The position numbers and the translations under genes were made by a program. DNA of 64,000 nt, taken from assembly GCF_006345805.1 (NCBI RefSeq), contig NC_043009.1, positions 45,260,001 to 45,324,000 on the forward strand, read 5' to 3'. Of the stretch, positions 24,251-38,429 are shown one piece after another; position 1 is the first letter of the stretch; every line of letters starts with the position of its first letter. The DNA comes from Octopus sinensis (lineage: Eukaryota). The notes below the pieces were generated by a model that worked only from the letters and a program-made list of their open reading frames with translations, was not told the origin of the DNA and did no database searches.

Positions 24251-25982
24251 AATTCTGAAAAATGGAAAATCGTTCTCAACATCAAAACATTCCTCTGAGT
24301 AGCTAAGAAGATTAATTGGAAGTTATTCTCCGAATGGAATTGAAGGTTGTTTTAGTGTTTGTTATGTGATGACTTGTTTACCTCAGTTGTAACAACGCTT
24401 ATGGAAAATCTACGCAGAGACAAGGAAGCAATGAGTGTAATTCATGAGTTATGCTTGAAAAATTTCTAGAACAAATAAAGTCAACATTTGAGGTGAAAAA
24501 CATCCACTCAGTTAAACCGTCTTTTGTACTAAGGTAACGTTTTTTTTTTTTATAAGATAAGGATGAAAGAAGGGGAGTCGAAACATTCTAAGGTAGTAAC
24601 AGCTGCTCTACGTGTTACAATTGTTGCACTAGGTGTCGTGATGTTCAAAATAATTGTTGAGGTTGCAAGAAAAGACAGCGAAACAGCTGAAGTAATCTCT
24701 GTGAAATATCAAGCCATTTTATAGAGTGATGAATATTCAGGAGACCTTTATCTCATTGTAGAGGAGACAGCGTTACACTGGAAGAGCATTCATCCTAGCA
24801 ACTTAATTGCGACCAAAGAATTTCAGTTACGCCAATTCTACCATTTTAGTTGTATCTTGTGAGTATGCATGGTTTAGTGGTTAGGCTGTTGTACTCACGA
24901 TCGGGGTTTCAATTACTGGACCGGGTGATGCGTGGTAATATTGAGCAAAACACTTCGTCTCAAGATACTCTACGACCATTTCAACATCTGAGGTGTACAA
25001 ACATTTGTTTGCAGCACAAACTTTTGATCGCTGTAAAGAAAATCAACCGTACATTGAAAAGCTGCAGAAACGTCTTTGTCGGATACGAGAGATTCATTAG
25101 CGGCCTCTATAATATTAAGTATGTAATAATATGCAATTTCCCATCCACCCTCGAAAACGGCAGGATGTGGTTTGTTTTAAAATCAATTGATATAACTATT
25201 AAGTTGAGCGACCACGTAATTTGTGTAAGTGAGAATATATGATGTGCAGTTTAGAGGTTATTTGTCTGAGTAGTTGAGATGCGTTTGCGTTGCATAAACC
25301 GTCGAATTGTATTTGTACAGAGTATAAATAAATGGTTACTGTTTGTAAACTTTTTAATCTTTTCTACGTGTTTCAATCATTTCACTGTAGCTATGCTGGG
25401 GCACCGCCTTGAAATTTTAGTTGAATGAAACGACCCCATTACTTATTTATTTTCTAAAGCCTGGTACTTATTTTATTGGTCTATTTGCTGAACCACTGTT
25501 ATGAGGGGGTAAACAAACCATCACTGGTTGTCGTGCGGTGGTGAGGACGAACAAAGACATACACACATATAAACACGCGCGTACGCGCAGAGATTTACAT
25601 TTAACACTAAATCTGTTTTACCTGATGACATAGCTCAAATTCTGCATTATTTTTAAAGAGTGTTTTACATTTTCTATTAATGCAGATATGTAAGTAATTT
25701 ATTCATTATTAAATATGATAATATAAGATATTTACATGTTTTATGAGTTATGAAACTAATTAGTCGTAATATTTGCATTTTTTATCGTTAAATAAAGATT
25801 CTTCTAAGTATTTATCTGTCATCTATGATTATATATATATACATGTATACATATATATACATATGCATACATATACATATGCATATATATACACATATGC
25901 ATATTTATACATATGCATATATATACATACATATATATATATATATATACACATGCATATATATATATATATATATATATAT

Positions 25983-26047
<65 letters not shown>

Positions 26048-26454
26048 ATATATATACAGTGATTTTCTTTCAGTGTTTCCGTCTACCAAATCCCAAGTCT
26101 TTGGGCGGCCAGAGGCAATAATAGAAGAGAGTTGACCAAGATGCCACGCAGTGGGACTGAACCTGGAAACATTTGATTAGGAAGCAAACTTCTTACCACA
26201 CTGCCACGTAATGTTGAAATTTTTATACATGTTAGATATTACTGTATGAAAATTGCTACATCGTTCAAATTTGGTGAAACCCACTCATTTTAGAACGAAC
26301 CATGAGACAATTTCAAGTGTAAGGCAGGAAAGAGTTAAACCTATTTTACTCTTTTACTCTTTTACTCTTTTACTTGTTTCAGCCATCCGGCTGAGGCCAT
26401 GCTGGGGCACCGCCCTTAAAAATAATGTGCCTGGAGAATCCGGGCACATATACT

Positions 26455-26657
26455 CTTTTACTCTTTTACTTGTTTCAGTCATGTGACTGTGGCCATGCTG
26501 GAGCACCACCTTTTTAGTCAAGCAAATCGACCCCATGACTTATTCTTTGTAAGCCTAGTACTTATTCTATCGGTCTCTTTTGCCGAACCGCTAAGTTACG
26601 GGGACGTAAACACACCAGCATCGGTTGTCAAGCGATGTTGGGGGGACAAACACAGAT

Positions 26658-26688
<31 letters not shown>

Positions 26689-26870
26689 CATACACATATA
26701 TACGACGGGCTTCTTTCAGTTTCCGTCTACCAAATCCACTCACAAGGATTTGGTCGGCCCGAGGCTATAGTAGAAGACACTTGCCCAAGGTGCCACGCAG
26801 TGGGACTGAACCCCGAACCATGTGGTTGGTAAGCAAGCTACTTACCACACAGCCGCTCCTACGCCTATAT
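26455..26870 (-). mobile_element. SINE family B (full length), with extra family B fragments at 26060-26210 and 26335-26420
   Basis: Very similar to 22783-23217; ends in the head complement ACCACACAGCCGCTCCTACGCCTAT. Confidence 0.9.
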
Positions 26871-27284
26871 GTTATTTAATTAGAAATGGATTGCTGCTGG
26901 AATGTTTTACATTTTCATGGCACAAAATAAATACAGCGCAGCATGAGGACGTTAAACACTCACTGTTCAATTATCCCACAGTCAATCCAACATCCCTGTT
27001 TGCTTGAACTATTTACACACTACGCTACCTCTGCCACTTCACACACATTCACACCCATGTATTAATATTACTTCTTCCATGAATGATGTTTTCATCTCCT
27101 ATCTGTAATTCAGATTTTAATTAATTAAAATTTAGGCTTGCCACCCTCTTTCCCATGACGATATTTCATTAATATTCATCATAAAGTCGATGCCCATGGT
27201 TTCCTTTTCTTATTGCCACAATCATTTCATTTCATTGATTTTGTTGTTTTACTCATTACTTAAAGAAATCAGCACTCGCTTAAC

Positions 27285-27365
<81 letters not shown>

Positions 27366-27392
27366 GTTGTATATACGTATATATATACTTGC

Positions 27393-27425
<33 letters not shown>

Positions 27426-30165
27426 CACGCACGCACACATATATGTATGTATATATGTATAGAGCAAGCAAGCATATGCACAGAATAATAGCTCATATGT
27501 CAGTAAGGCTAATTGCATATATAAATGCTGTATTTTTTCCTTTCCTTTTTCTTTTTTGTTTAAATTTTATCTGTGACCCCTATTCTCTATGTGACCCCAA
27601 TTAGTATATTACGTTTAACATTGAAAGACGGTCGATTGGCAGAATCGTTAACAAGTAGAACAAAAGTCTTTGCAGTATTTAGTTACGGATCTTTATGTTC
27701 AGAGTTCAAATCACACCAACGTTAACTTAGACTTTAATCCTTTCGGGGTTGATCAAATAAAGTATCAGTCAAATATTAGAATCGAAGGTATGGATTAAAC
27801 CCTCCTTCTCGCCAAATTCAGGCTTCGAACACATTAAAAAAGATACAGAAAGGAATTCGAATGTCAGTCTGGTTAGAAAGTTGGGCAGTACCTTTTGGTA
27901 TTTGATCTGACTCACTGCGTTTTGAGTCCAAATCTTTCGGAAGTCCTTTCGCTATCCCAAGGGCGATAAATAAGTACCAATCAAGTACTGAGGTCAATTA
28001 TTTTCCTTCTTTTTCTCAGTCTCAGAACCAACTCTTATATTTCGTGATTGGGTCATAAGGGAAACCACTCCTAACGTTCCATTTTTTAAAAAATAAAATG
28101 GAGGACAATTGTCTCAGTTAACAACAAAATGTTCTCATCTATAGCACACTAGAAAACGCTCTGAAGAAACCAGAAAACATGGTAAGCGTAGGTGGATTGT
28201 TGTGTTGTACACTGCGGTATGGATAAAACAGAAAAAAAAACTATAAAACCAATAAAGGTTGAGTTTCCATACTGTTAACGTTCAATGTACGTTACTACGA
28301 GTGTCAATAAAGGAATTTTATGCTATTTTAATAAATGTGATAATGGCGGATGCAATACAAAATTAATCCACAAAATAATAAAAAAATAAAAGAAAACGAA
28401 AATTATAAAAAGGAATCCAACAAACTATTCCTCGTCGATCAGAGTAAAAATAATCAGCAACGAGTTCAATTTGCCGACCAGGCTGTCAATCAAATTAGAT
28501 TCTTTAAAATTCTTGCTGGAATTCGACAGAGAAAAATAAGTCCAATGAATCATCATAGAACGTAGATTGATGCAGCTGATTGTGTGAGACTGTCAGTAAT
28601 TTGCAAGGAATAATGCGAATCTTACTTAGTCGTTTATGAATGTACATATGTTCGTGCACAAGCCTGCAGTAGTGTTATAAATAGACAGGTTTCATATGTG
28701 CACATTTTTAATGAAGGAACCGTTCGCTTATTTGTTTACTTTGGAGGGAGGAGGAGGAGGAGGGCCCGTGTCCTTCGTGGGCCTCCTGAGACTAGTGACA
28801 TCGCTGCCGTTAACATCAGCTCAATCGATTGTAAGTGAGACTTCTGGAAATGATCCTGAGCAGGAAATGATTTCCGTAGGGGAAGATGTTCCAGGGAATA
28901 TGATAGAGGTGTAGGGATTAGTGCCGGGTAAAGACTGGAGTTGGACACAACTGGGTTGATGCCCGTTTTGAGTGCCTATAAGGAGATGAGATCAGGTTCG
29001 CGGAGTAGAAATCATTGTAATAACGAAAATAAAGCGGAGAGTGGATATTGCACATCTCTAGGGCAGATGTTGGAACATGTCCGTATTAGAAATAGCCGTA
29101 ATGACTTTCTCAAATCATAACCATCGACTTTCAAACATAATGTATAGTATTGTCTCAGATAAATTACATCTGAATTTTCATCATGGCCATATCTAGAATG
29201 TCATCAATTATAAATTTGCTTAATCAGGTTAACAAGTCCATCAGAAACATTTTTTTAGCGCTTTCCTTAAACTTGACATCTAACTTCAGATTGAGCGTCA
29301 CTAACGAATATTATATAATGATATATAATTTGTACTCCTTCATTTTCTCACGTGAAGGAAATCGTCAAGGTATTCCTGAATGATACAATCTCACACATTT
29401 GATTCATCTTGGCACTAGGATAAAATGTTGCTAGAATTTCTCGTACAACTGAATGAATTGCTACCCTGCACATTACTCGGAATTTTATAAAAGATGCCCG
29501 AAAGATAAAATTGTTGCTTATCCACGGGTAAGCCAAATAGATTGCCTCGTGGCATTTGTCCTGACCCGTGCAGCATGAGTTTAAATCCCGTCGATCGAGG
29601 TCTATAAAAAAAATTATTACACGTTCAGACAAGATGCCTTGAGGAATATTTCTGTCTTGACACCAAAGTTTCTGACGATCCTGGAGCTAATCTGTGTCAG
29701 CACAAATGGCAACCTTTCCTTTGAGTAAACATCTGTAGCATAGAGACGAGATGCATGCATACATGGATAACTGCTAGACTTCCTGAAATCTTTCCCAGGC
29801 CTGCACATGTGTAGATTCCGATAATCGACCTTCTTTCACTGTTAAATATAATATATTAACTGGGGTCAAGTAGATAATAATGGTTCACAGATAAAATTGA
29901 AAGAAAATAGAAAAAGTAAAAGAAAAAAAGAATTTAGCGTTTTACGTATATGCAATTAGCGTTACTGATAAATGAGCTATTATTTTATGAATATGATTGC
30001 TTGCTCTATACATACATACGTACATACATACGTACATACATACATACATACATACATACATACATACATACATACATACACATATACATACATACATATA
30101 TGTGTACATATATGTATATAGATAAGTGTATATATGTGTGCATGTCTCCCTTTCTCTCTCTCTCG

Positions 30166-30198
<33 letters not shown>

Positions 30199-30329
30199 AT
30201 ATTATATATATATATATAAATATATAATACGCGTATATATAGCGTCATTGTTAACCAAGGGGGGATCTAAAAACATTAATGTTTATTGCTCATATGGACG
30301 TTAATTTAACTTTTCTGTCAGAGTAGTTT

Positions 30330-30640
30330 GGGATCATGTGACGTCGCTGCGCTTTACTGCATTCACTATATGCCAGTATCTTCCCTGACTCTTTCCGGGC
30401 GATCCGCCGAGCAGTTTCCGTGTCAGTTACCAATCTCCGCGAGATACCTTCCCATTTGCCGTGACCACATGGCATGCGGTCGTCCATCACAAGTCGTCAG
30501 CCCATCCTGATTCCCAGTGAAGTGAATACGGTAAGCAGGGTCTTACTCGGAAAATCGAGCAACATGGCCAAGCAATCTCAGTTGGCGCTCTCGAATCAGG
30601 TAAGGGCGCATCCCATTTACTGAGTATAATCGTTGCTTAG
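30330..30640 (-). mobile_element. RTE-type LINE 3' coding remnant
   Basis: Minus strand reads IRERQLRLLGHVARFSE*DPAYRIH...DGRPHAMW, the QLR..GHV.R....P...GRP...W motif at the end of RTE ORF2. Confidence 0.65.
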
Positions 30641-30939
30641 ATACGAAACTCGAACAATGGTAACCCCTAATCTTGTGATGCGTCTTGGTACCGAGAGAGT
30701 GCAGGCGGCTCCTAAGAGCCTGGGACAGCGTCTGAGTCTCACAGTTATAGTGTATAATGAACGCATGTACAAATAATTATTCATACGTATACAGACATAT
30801 CGTCGTCGGCTAGTCCCTCGACTCCGAATATTGTTGTTGTTGTCTGGCCTTCTGTTGCCGTTATCTCTCCTTCTCTTTTTTATTCTTTCTCTTTCAAATA
30901 ATATTACATTACTGTTTATGTTTTGTCGGTTGTCGGGAT

Positions 30940-32052
30940 GGTTGGTTACGGTCGTCTCAGAAGCAAGGTATCGAAGCTGGTCTGCTTTGGAGTTGAATTT
31001 AGTCGTCTTTTCCCGGTTGCCAGAGCATTGAAAAAGATTTGACGACGAAGCCGTTCTTTGTTCATCCTGGTGACATGGCTGGCCTATCGAAGACGATGTT
31101 TGATGATTAGGAATTTGATTCTCTAGCTGGATATTCACTCTTTCCGACACGGAGTTATTGGAGACATAGTCAAACCACTTATATTCAACAGAGATTGATG
31201 TTTCAGCTGATGAAAACGCTCGAGGTTTTTGATGTCACGACAATATAAAGTTCAAGTTTCACAACCACATACGTGGATAGATACAACAACAGCGTGGCAG
31301 GTCATAATCTTCGTCTTCAAAATTAGGTTTTTGTCTTTGAATAAACATTTTGTTTGTTTGCTGAAAGCTGAGTCGGTCGATCCGATTCTTCATTCCACAT
31401 CTTGCTCAGAATTGCATTTGATAGAGAGTACACTTCTAAGGTACTGCTTCAGTGGTGTATCCGAAATGATGATATTGAACTCCGAAAAGGAAGAATTCGG
31501 GAATGGATGGGCCATAACTTGAGTGTTTTTAGTATTTACCGTAAGCCCAAAACGTTGGTACGCATTGGTGAAATTATTGATAGCAGGAGTGACTGAATGC
31601 CGCTTCGTCATCGGTGTACTGGAGGTCTGAGATTCGCTTAGTACTGGTGAGATTCTTTGACCGAAACGTCCCCAGATTGAAGCCTCCTTCATCAAAACGA
31701 TATCTGATGTCCCTTCCTCGTTGATCCGGGCTAAGTTCATAGATAATTGCTGCAAGGTATAGGGAGAAAAGCGTTTCAATCCACGTGTAATCGGGAGTTC
31801 TTCAGAGAGTCGATCACGATAAAAGACACCTACAATCATACCATCATGCAGGGCTTTGGGCGGGGAGACAAAATGATCAGGACATCCGAAACGATCAAGG
31901 ACCATCTGCATGGATTGTCTCGGTACACTGTCAGAAACCTTATACATAATAGAGAAGATAATGAAAAGGGGTTTTTGTTTTTCTCGGCTCTTCTCTTGGG
32001 TTTGTCTGGCTAGTTGGAAAGAGACACTGTATATTTCTGTCCATCCAACCAG
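30940..32052 (-). mobile_element. Decayed RTE/BovB-like LINE reverse transcriptase fragment
   Basis: ORF 31390-32094 contains RQTQEKSREKQKPLF..DSVPR..VLDRFGCPDHF..LHDGM..SEELPITRG and RFGLTVNTKNTQVM. Downstream, IPN and HVTRMNKERLRRQIFFNALATGKRR occur in shifted frames. Confidence 0.85.
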
Positions 32053-32447
32053 ACAGAAATATATAGTAATTATATATGTTAATACACATTTCAACAGGTA
32101 CCTATGAGTGACTGTGAATACTCAGACAATAAAAAAAAAAGAAAGCAAACATGAGAATAGAATGAGAAAGAGTTTAAATCATAGAGAAAAAAATATTGTC
32201 TTCTACTTTAGATGTGACAGCCTTTGTGAGATAAAGAAATGGTGGGGTAAAGTTATAAATCTATCAATTTAGTCATCGCATGGCTTCTAGCCAGATGGAC
32301 AATAAACATTCTGGTGCAGTATAGCAAACATAAATATAGACATAGTCCCGTGTATATACATACATAAATACCTGCATATATATGTACATATATATACATA
32401 TATATATACATATATATATACATGTATATATACATATATATAAATAC

Positions 32448-32522
<75 letters not shown>

Positions 32523-32720
32523 CAGGAAAGTATATAAAGTTCAAAAGAAAACAATTCAGACTTTTTGAGAGATCCAAAAAGAGAGAAATAATGATTTCTA
32601 AAGATTCATTACATTCATAAAAAAACAGAGCAATAATAAAAATATGAAAATAGTTGTTGAAAAATAACGATATTTTAAAACTATATATATGTAATATATA
32701 TTATGTATGTATATATACTA

Positions 32721-32784
<64 letters not shown>

Positions 32785-32856
32785 CATTTATTTATATTAT
32801 ATATTAACATACATATTTAATATATATATATATATTATATATGAATATATATATAT

Positions 32857-32965
32857 ATATTTGGACACAAAGTCGAGAACGCCTACAGACATCTAAATAT
32901 ATATATATAGATATATATATATATTTAGATGTCATGTAGGCGTTCTCGACTTTGTGTCCAAATAT
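32857..32965. repeat. 109-bp near-perfect palindrome with (AT)n centre
   Basis: ATATTTGGACACAAAGTCGAGAACGCCTACA-GACATCTAAAT(AT)n is mirrored with a single 1-nt indel. Confidence 0.9.
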
Positions 32966-34256
32966 TTATATGCTATTATCTATAGCTGTATGCATGATTC
33001 GAGATCCGCTATTCCAAAACTGAATACGCACACATACACACACACACACACACACCACACACACCACACACACATTCACACACGCAAACACACAGACGAT
33101 TCACCTGATCGCTGCAGCAAATTTCCCGTTTCAATATTTATTGAAAACATTTCCTTCTGTTTGTGCAAACAATCTTGTGCGTATGTTTGTATGTATGTAT
33201 GCATGTTATACACACGCACACACACTAACACACGCACATAGGCGCACCCACGCACACACAAACACAGACACACACATATACACAGACAGACAGACACATA
33301 CACACATACACATATATATGAGAATGAGAGAGACAGAGAGAGAATATGCTATGGTAGGAAATAGAAGCGAATGCTATAAAGATCTCTGCTTTGCACAAAC
33401 CGTTTTCTGCTTGACCTCTCAACCTTAACATTAGCTCTTTCATTGTTACTATATATTGTGGTGAGTTTGGGAGGTAAATCTATATTGTTAGCTTTCTTAG
33501 ACTTACAATAGAATGGACGATTTTAGTAAACGGAGGACAGACGGTAACGCAAATAATAAAAAAGACAAAAAACCCCACCTTTTTAGCGGCCTTTGAGTAC
33601 TTTCAAGTTTATACTAGCGTTACCGATATATACAATGCTTTATATATATGTCTCACACACACACATACACACACACAGATTCTTAGACACACATTCGCAC
33701 ACACACATACAGTCGTGTGTGTATATATATGTAAACACACATCTGTTTATGTATAATGAGCTTATAAATTAGTTCAGTTATTTCTGATTTCTTCAAATCT
33801 AATGAGACAAAGCCTATGGAGTTAAGTTAATAATATACGACAGAAATTGGAAGAGAAAAGGGGTGAAAAATTAAGAGCAGGTTAGTTTTGGGTTACAAAT
33901 GGGGCTATTTGATAGTGGATGTGTTCAACCATTTTTCTTTTTAAAATGTCCGACATTCCAAATGGGTCAAATAGAAATTTTTTCATTAATGTGAGTATAT
34001 TTCGTAAAACAAGAACAAATGGATCTAATTATCATAGAAGGTTGTTAATTGAAGAAATAGGAAATAGAAAATAAGAAATAAGGAAAATGCATAAAATCTG
34101 TATTGGAGAATATTGATTCAATGTAAAAAACTAAAGACAATATTTCAAATGTAGGAGCATGAATAATTAATGAGTTAGGCAGGTCTGCGAATTAATTCAG
34201 GCAAAATAAATTTTTTAAGGACAAATCCTGGCGGATAAATGTATATAAATATTATA

Positions 34257-34300
<44 letters not shown>

Positions 34301-34636
34301 ATATATAATATATATATATATATACTTGATTTATGATTTGATAGATAAATCGGGCTGACTCAATTTGCCATACATCACAGTGGTTACAATGGTTCTGTAA
34401 AAGAGTAGTTAGGATCAACAAAATTGTCAATTATAGCACACACACACACAACACACACACCACACAATAGGTAGGTAGGGTAAATCCTACCTGTTTCCTA
34501 TTAAAGTACACATGCTTATTCCAATATTACAATCCAATTAAAATTGAGAATTATGGAAATGTTGTTAGCAGAGTTATTGTATAGCCAAACAGGAAAGTGG
34601 AAATTTATATGTATATGTCCGTGCACGCGTGTTATA

Positions 34637-34668
<32 letters not shown>

Positions 34669-34903
34669 TATATATATATTATATATTTCTCTTTCTTTGC
34701 GTTGCTCTTGCATAATATCTAAATGTAAGCGTTTCATTTAAGTGTATTTTGAATTATAATTCTTCTATATTTGAAGAAGATTTCTATAGGAAACTTTTTA
34801 CCTGTCTATCTAATTATGTAAAACTTTGTAATTTCTATTAGCAAATATAATACCTGTAACGGAGAATAAATAATACCAAGAAAATTTCCACCTTCCTGTT
34901 TTG

Positions 34904-34955
<52 letters not shown>

Positions 34956-35368
34956 CACACACACACACACATATATATGTGTGGTTGTGGTGTGCGCGTG
35001 TTCCACGTACTTCCACGTATACACACGCATTCATATTCAGTTTTAACACACATGTACACACACGCCAACAGGCCTACTTTTGTCACTCTCTTAACGCTAA
35101 AGCAACAATTACGTCTCACATTCCAGGTGAATTTTAAGCTGAACACCGAAACTTAATCCAGATGCGCTTTTTCCTGTCACTCTTCTCTCTTTCCGTTAAT
35201 CCCCTTCCCTCTCTTCTTTCTCTCTCTGCGGTATCTATTTTCTTTTATATCCGACAAAGGACTATATCCAAAACCCTTATTCTGTAAAGACATTCTGGGA
35301 GCGTCAACCTGATATTAATTATAAGCAATCTCTCCGACTATTGTTGCTTTTTGTATTTGATTTGCTTG

Positions 35369-35404
<36 letters not shown>

Positions 35405-35503
35405 GTATATATTTGTGTGTGCATTCGTATATAATATAAATATATCTATATAATATATATGTATATGTAGGCTATATTTATAATACATATTATATATATA
35501 TAT

Positions 35504-36448
35504 GTGTGTGTGTGTGTGAATATATATGTATATGTAGGCTATATATATATATATATGATACATATATATATATATAGATATATCTGTATAAATCCTTAAA
35601 TCCTTAAAAATGTTTTAGCCCGAAGACCGCGGCTGCTGGGGCACCACCGCTGAATGTATATATATATTATATAACAATATATTATATATTATATATAGTA
35701 TAGTTTATTTACCAGTAGAATGTGGCGATCCTATAAAGGACAATGTTACTGTTGTTTAAACCACAGGAAAACATCTTTTCCAGCTGGCTATCGACATAGT
35801 CTGTCATTGTAAAGTGTTTGCAAGGGAGGTCATCGCTCCCATCTCCAGCCTACGTGATACTCACAAACCACGTCTGCTAGAGACGACAGCTGCTCGCTTC
35901 TGCACGCAAAATATTGTTAAAATGTGCAATATTCGTAGCTACTTTAACATGATTGTCTCTTCGAATGGACTCTACTGGGATTTTGATATATTTAACTTTG
36001 AATACACATATATATGTTTCTATCATAAATACACGCATATGTATATATTTGAGTCTTCTATAATATATCAGCTGTGTTGAATAACAACATTTTTACGCTT
36101 ATTGATTAATGTCCAGAAGTTGGAGGTAAAATTTTCATAAACCAGTTAATTTCTAAATTTATAGTTAATCGCGAAATTGTTATTGTATAGCAATCAGTAA
36201 GTTTGATGCGTCTAACGGATTATTCCGTATTCTGTGGAGAAGAAAATCCCATAAAATTAATCCTATTTTGATTATCAGCATCGGTCTTGGAAACTGATTT
36301 ATATCTGTATGGATTCCTGAATAAATCTGCATTTTGGATTTCATTCTGCTTCGTGATTCTTTTATCACTTGTAATGAGTTCTTTGATTACGAATAATTGT
36401 GAATTCCCTGATTGGGTGTGTTTGCCTCCATGCGTACGTGCGAGTGCG

Positions 36449-36485
<37 letters not shown>

Positions 36486-36518
36486 GCATATATATATATA
36501 TATGCATATGTATGTATA

Positions 36519-36560
<42 letters not shown>

Positions 36561-37628
36561 ATATATATATATATATATATAATATATATATGTGTGTGTG
36601 TGTGTGAATATATATGTATATGTAGGCTAATATATATATATATGATACATATATATATATATATAGATATATCTGTATAAATCCTTAAATCCTTAAAAAT
36701 GTTTTAGCCCGAAGACCGCGGCCATGCTGGGGCACCACCGCTGAATGTATATATATATTATATACAAATATATTATATATTATATATAGTATAGTTTATT
36801 TACCAGTAGAATGTGGCGATCCTATAAAGGACAATGTTACTGTTGTTTAAACCACAGGAAAACATCTTTTCCAGCTGGCTATCGACATAGTCTGTCATTG
36901 TAAAGTGTTTGCAAGGGAGGTCATCGCTCCCATCTCCAGCCTTACGTGATACTCACAAACCACGTCTGCTAGAGACGACAGCTGCTCGCTTCTGCACGCA
37001 AAATATTGTTAAAATGTGCAATATTCGTAGCTACTTTAACATGATTGTCTCTTCGAATGGACTCTACTGGGATTTTGATATATTTAACTTTGAATACACA
37101 TATATATGTTTCTATCATAAATACACGCATATGTATATATTTGAGTCTTCTATAATATATCAGCTGTGTTGAATAACAACAATTTTTACGCTTATTGATT
37201 AATGTCCAGAAGTTGGAGGTAAAATTTTCATAAACCAGTTAATTTCTAAATTTATAGTTAATCGCGAAATTGTTATTGTATAGCCAATCAGTAAGTTTGA
37301 TGCGTCTAACGGATTATTCCGTATTCTGTGGAGAAGAAAATCCCATAAAATTAATCCTATTTTGATTATCAGCATCGGTCTTGGAAACTGATTTATATCT
37401 GTATGGATTCCTGAATAAATCTGCATTTTGGATTTCATTCTGCTTCGTGATTCTTTTATCACTTGTAATGAGTTCTTTGATTACGAATAATTGTGAATTC
37501 CCTGATTGGGTGTGTTTGCCTCCATGCGTACGTGCGAGTGCGTATATATATATATATATATATATATATGCATATGTATGTATATATATATATATGCATA
37601 TGTATGTATATATATATATATGCATATG

Positions 37629-37684
<56 letters not shown>

Positions 37685-37690
37685 GTGTGT
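35504..37690. repeat. ~1.09-kb tandem duplication (35504-36590 / 36591-37690)
   Basis: Unique sequence is repeated at offset 1088-1094. The differences seen outside microsatellites are essentially 1-2 nt indels. Confidence 0.9.
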
Positions 37691-37781
37691 GTGTGTGTGT
37701 TCGCGTGTGTGTGACCGTGTGTGTATCGTTGGCGACTTTTTTTCCTCCGTCTTCCCTTTCTTAGATCTTTCCTTTTTCTAT

Positions 37782-37816
37782 GTTTCTGACGAAGAGCTCC
37801 GCTCGAAACGTTAAAT
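37782..37816 (+). ncRNA. Minimal type I hammerhead ribozyme in a Penelope-like terminal-repeat remnant
   Basis: GTTT-CTGACGA(37786-37792)-A-GAGC-TCC-GCTC-GAAA(37805-37808)-CG-T-T-AAAT. Stem I GTTT/AAAT, palindromic ACGT stem III, GUU site. Confidence 0.6.
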
Positions 37817-37915
37817 CCTACTGCTTTCTTTCCTTTCCTGAGCGTCCAATAACACTAGACTTGTTCCACGTCCTCGCGTTGTTGTGTTTTCTCTTAGTGT
37901 TTTCAGATTTTTATG

Positions 37916-37961
<46 letters not shown>

Positions 37962-37987
37962 AAAAGAGGTGGGTGTTTCCATGCAGG

Positions 37988-38291
37988 AAACAATATGTTT
38001 TGTATATCAGTGGTAAAAGTGTAAAATTAGATAAACATCTTTAAAGGTTTCAATGTTAACAAATTAAGATTTTTCAATGTTGATAAATTAAAATGTTTCA
38101 ATGTTAAAAACATGTTCAAAACAGGTGTAAGTTTGAATGTTCATAGTATCTGTTTTAAACATGTTAATTTATCAACATTGAAACATTTTAGTTTGTCAAT
38201 ATTGAAACATTTTAATTTGTAAACATTGAAACTTTTAAAGATGTTTTTTTCTAATATTAGACTTTTACCATTGATGAACTAAAATATTGTT
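37988..38291. mobile_element. Foldback-type element: long imperfect inverted arms built of ~24-bp subrepeats
   Basis: The left arm TCAGTGGTAAAAGT..(TTTCAATGTT.A.AAATTAAAATG)x3..AACATGTT is the reverse complement of the right arm ending ACTTTTACCATTGA..AAAATATTGTT. Confidence 0.75.
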
Positions 38292-38429
38292 GAAACTAGT
38301 TTGATATATATGTAAATATATGTATTTTAAACATTTACGAGTTTTTGAAGTTTTTGTGCATTTTCAACAACACATTTTCCTATATATAGATGACATATTT
38401 TCCTATATATAAATATGGGCAACACTTAT

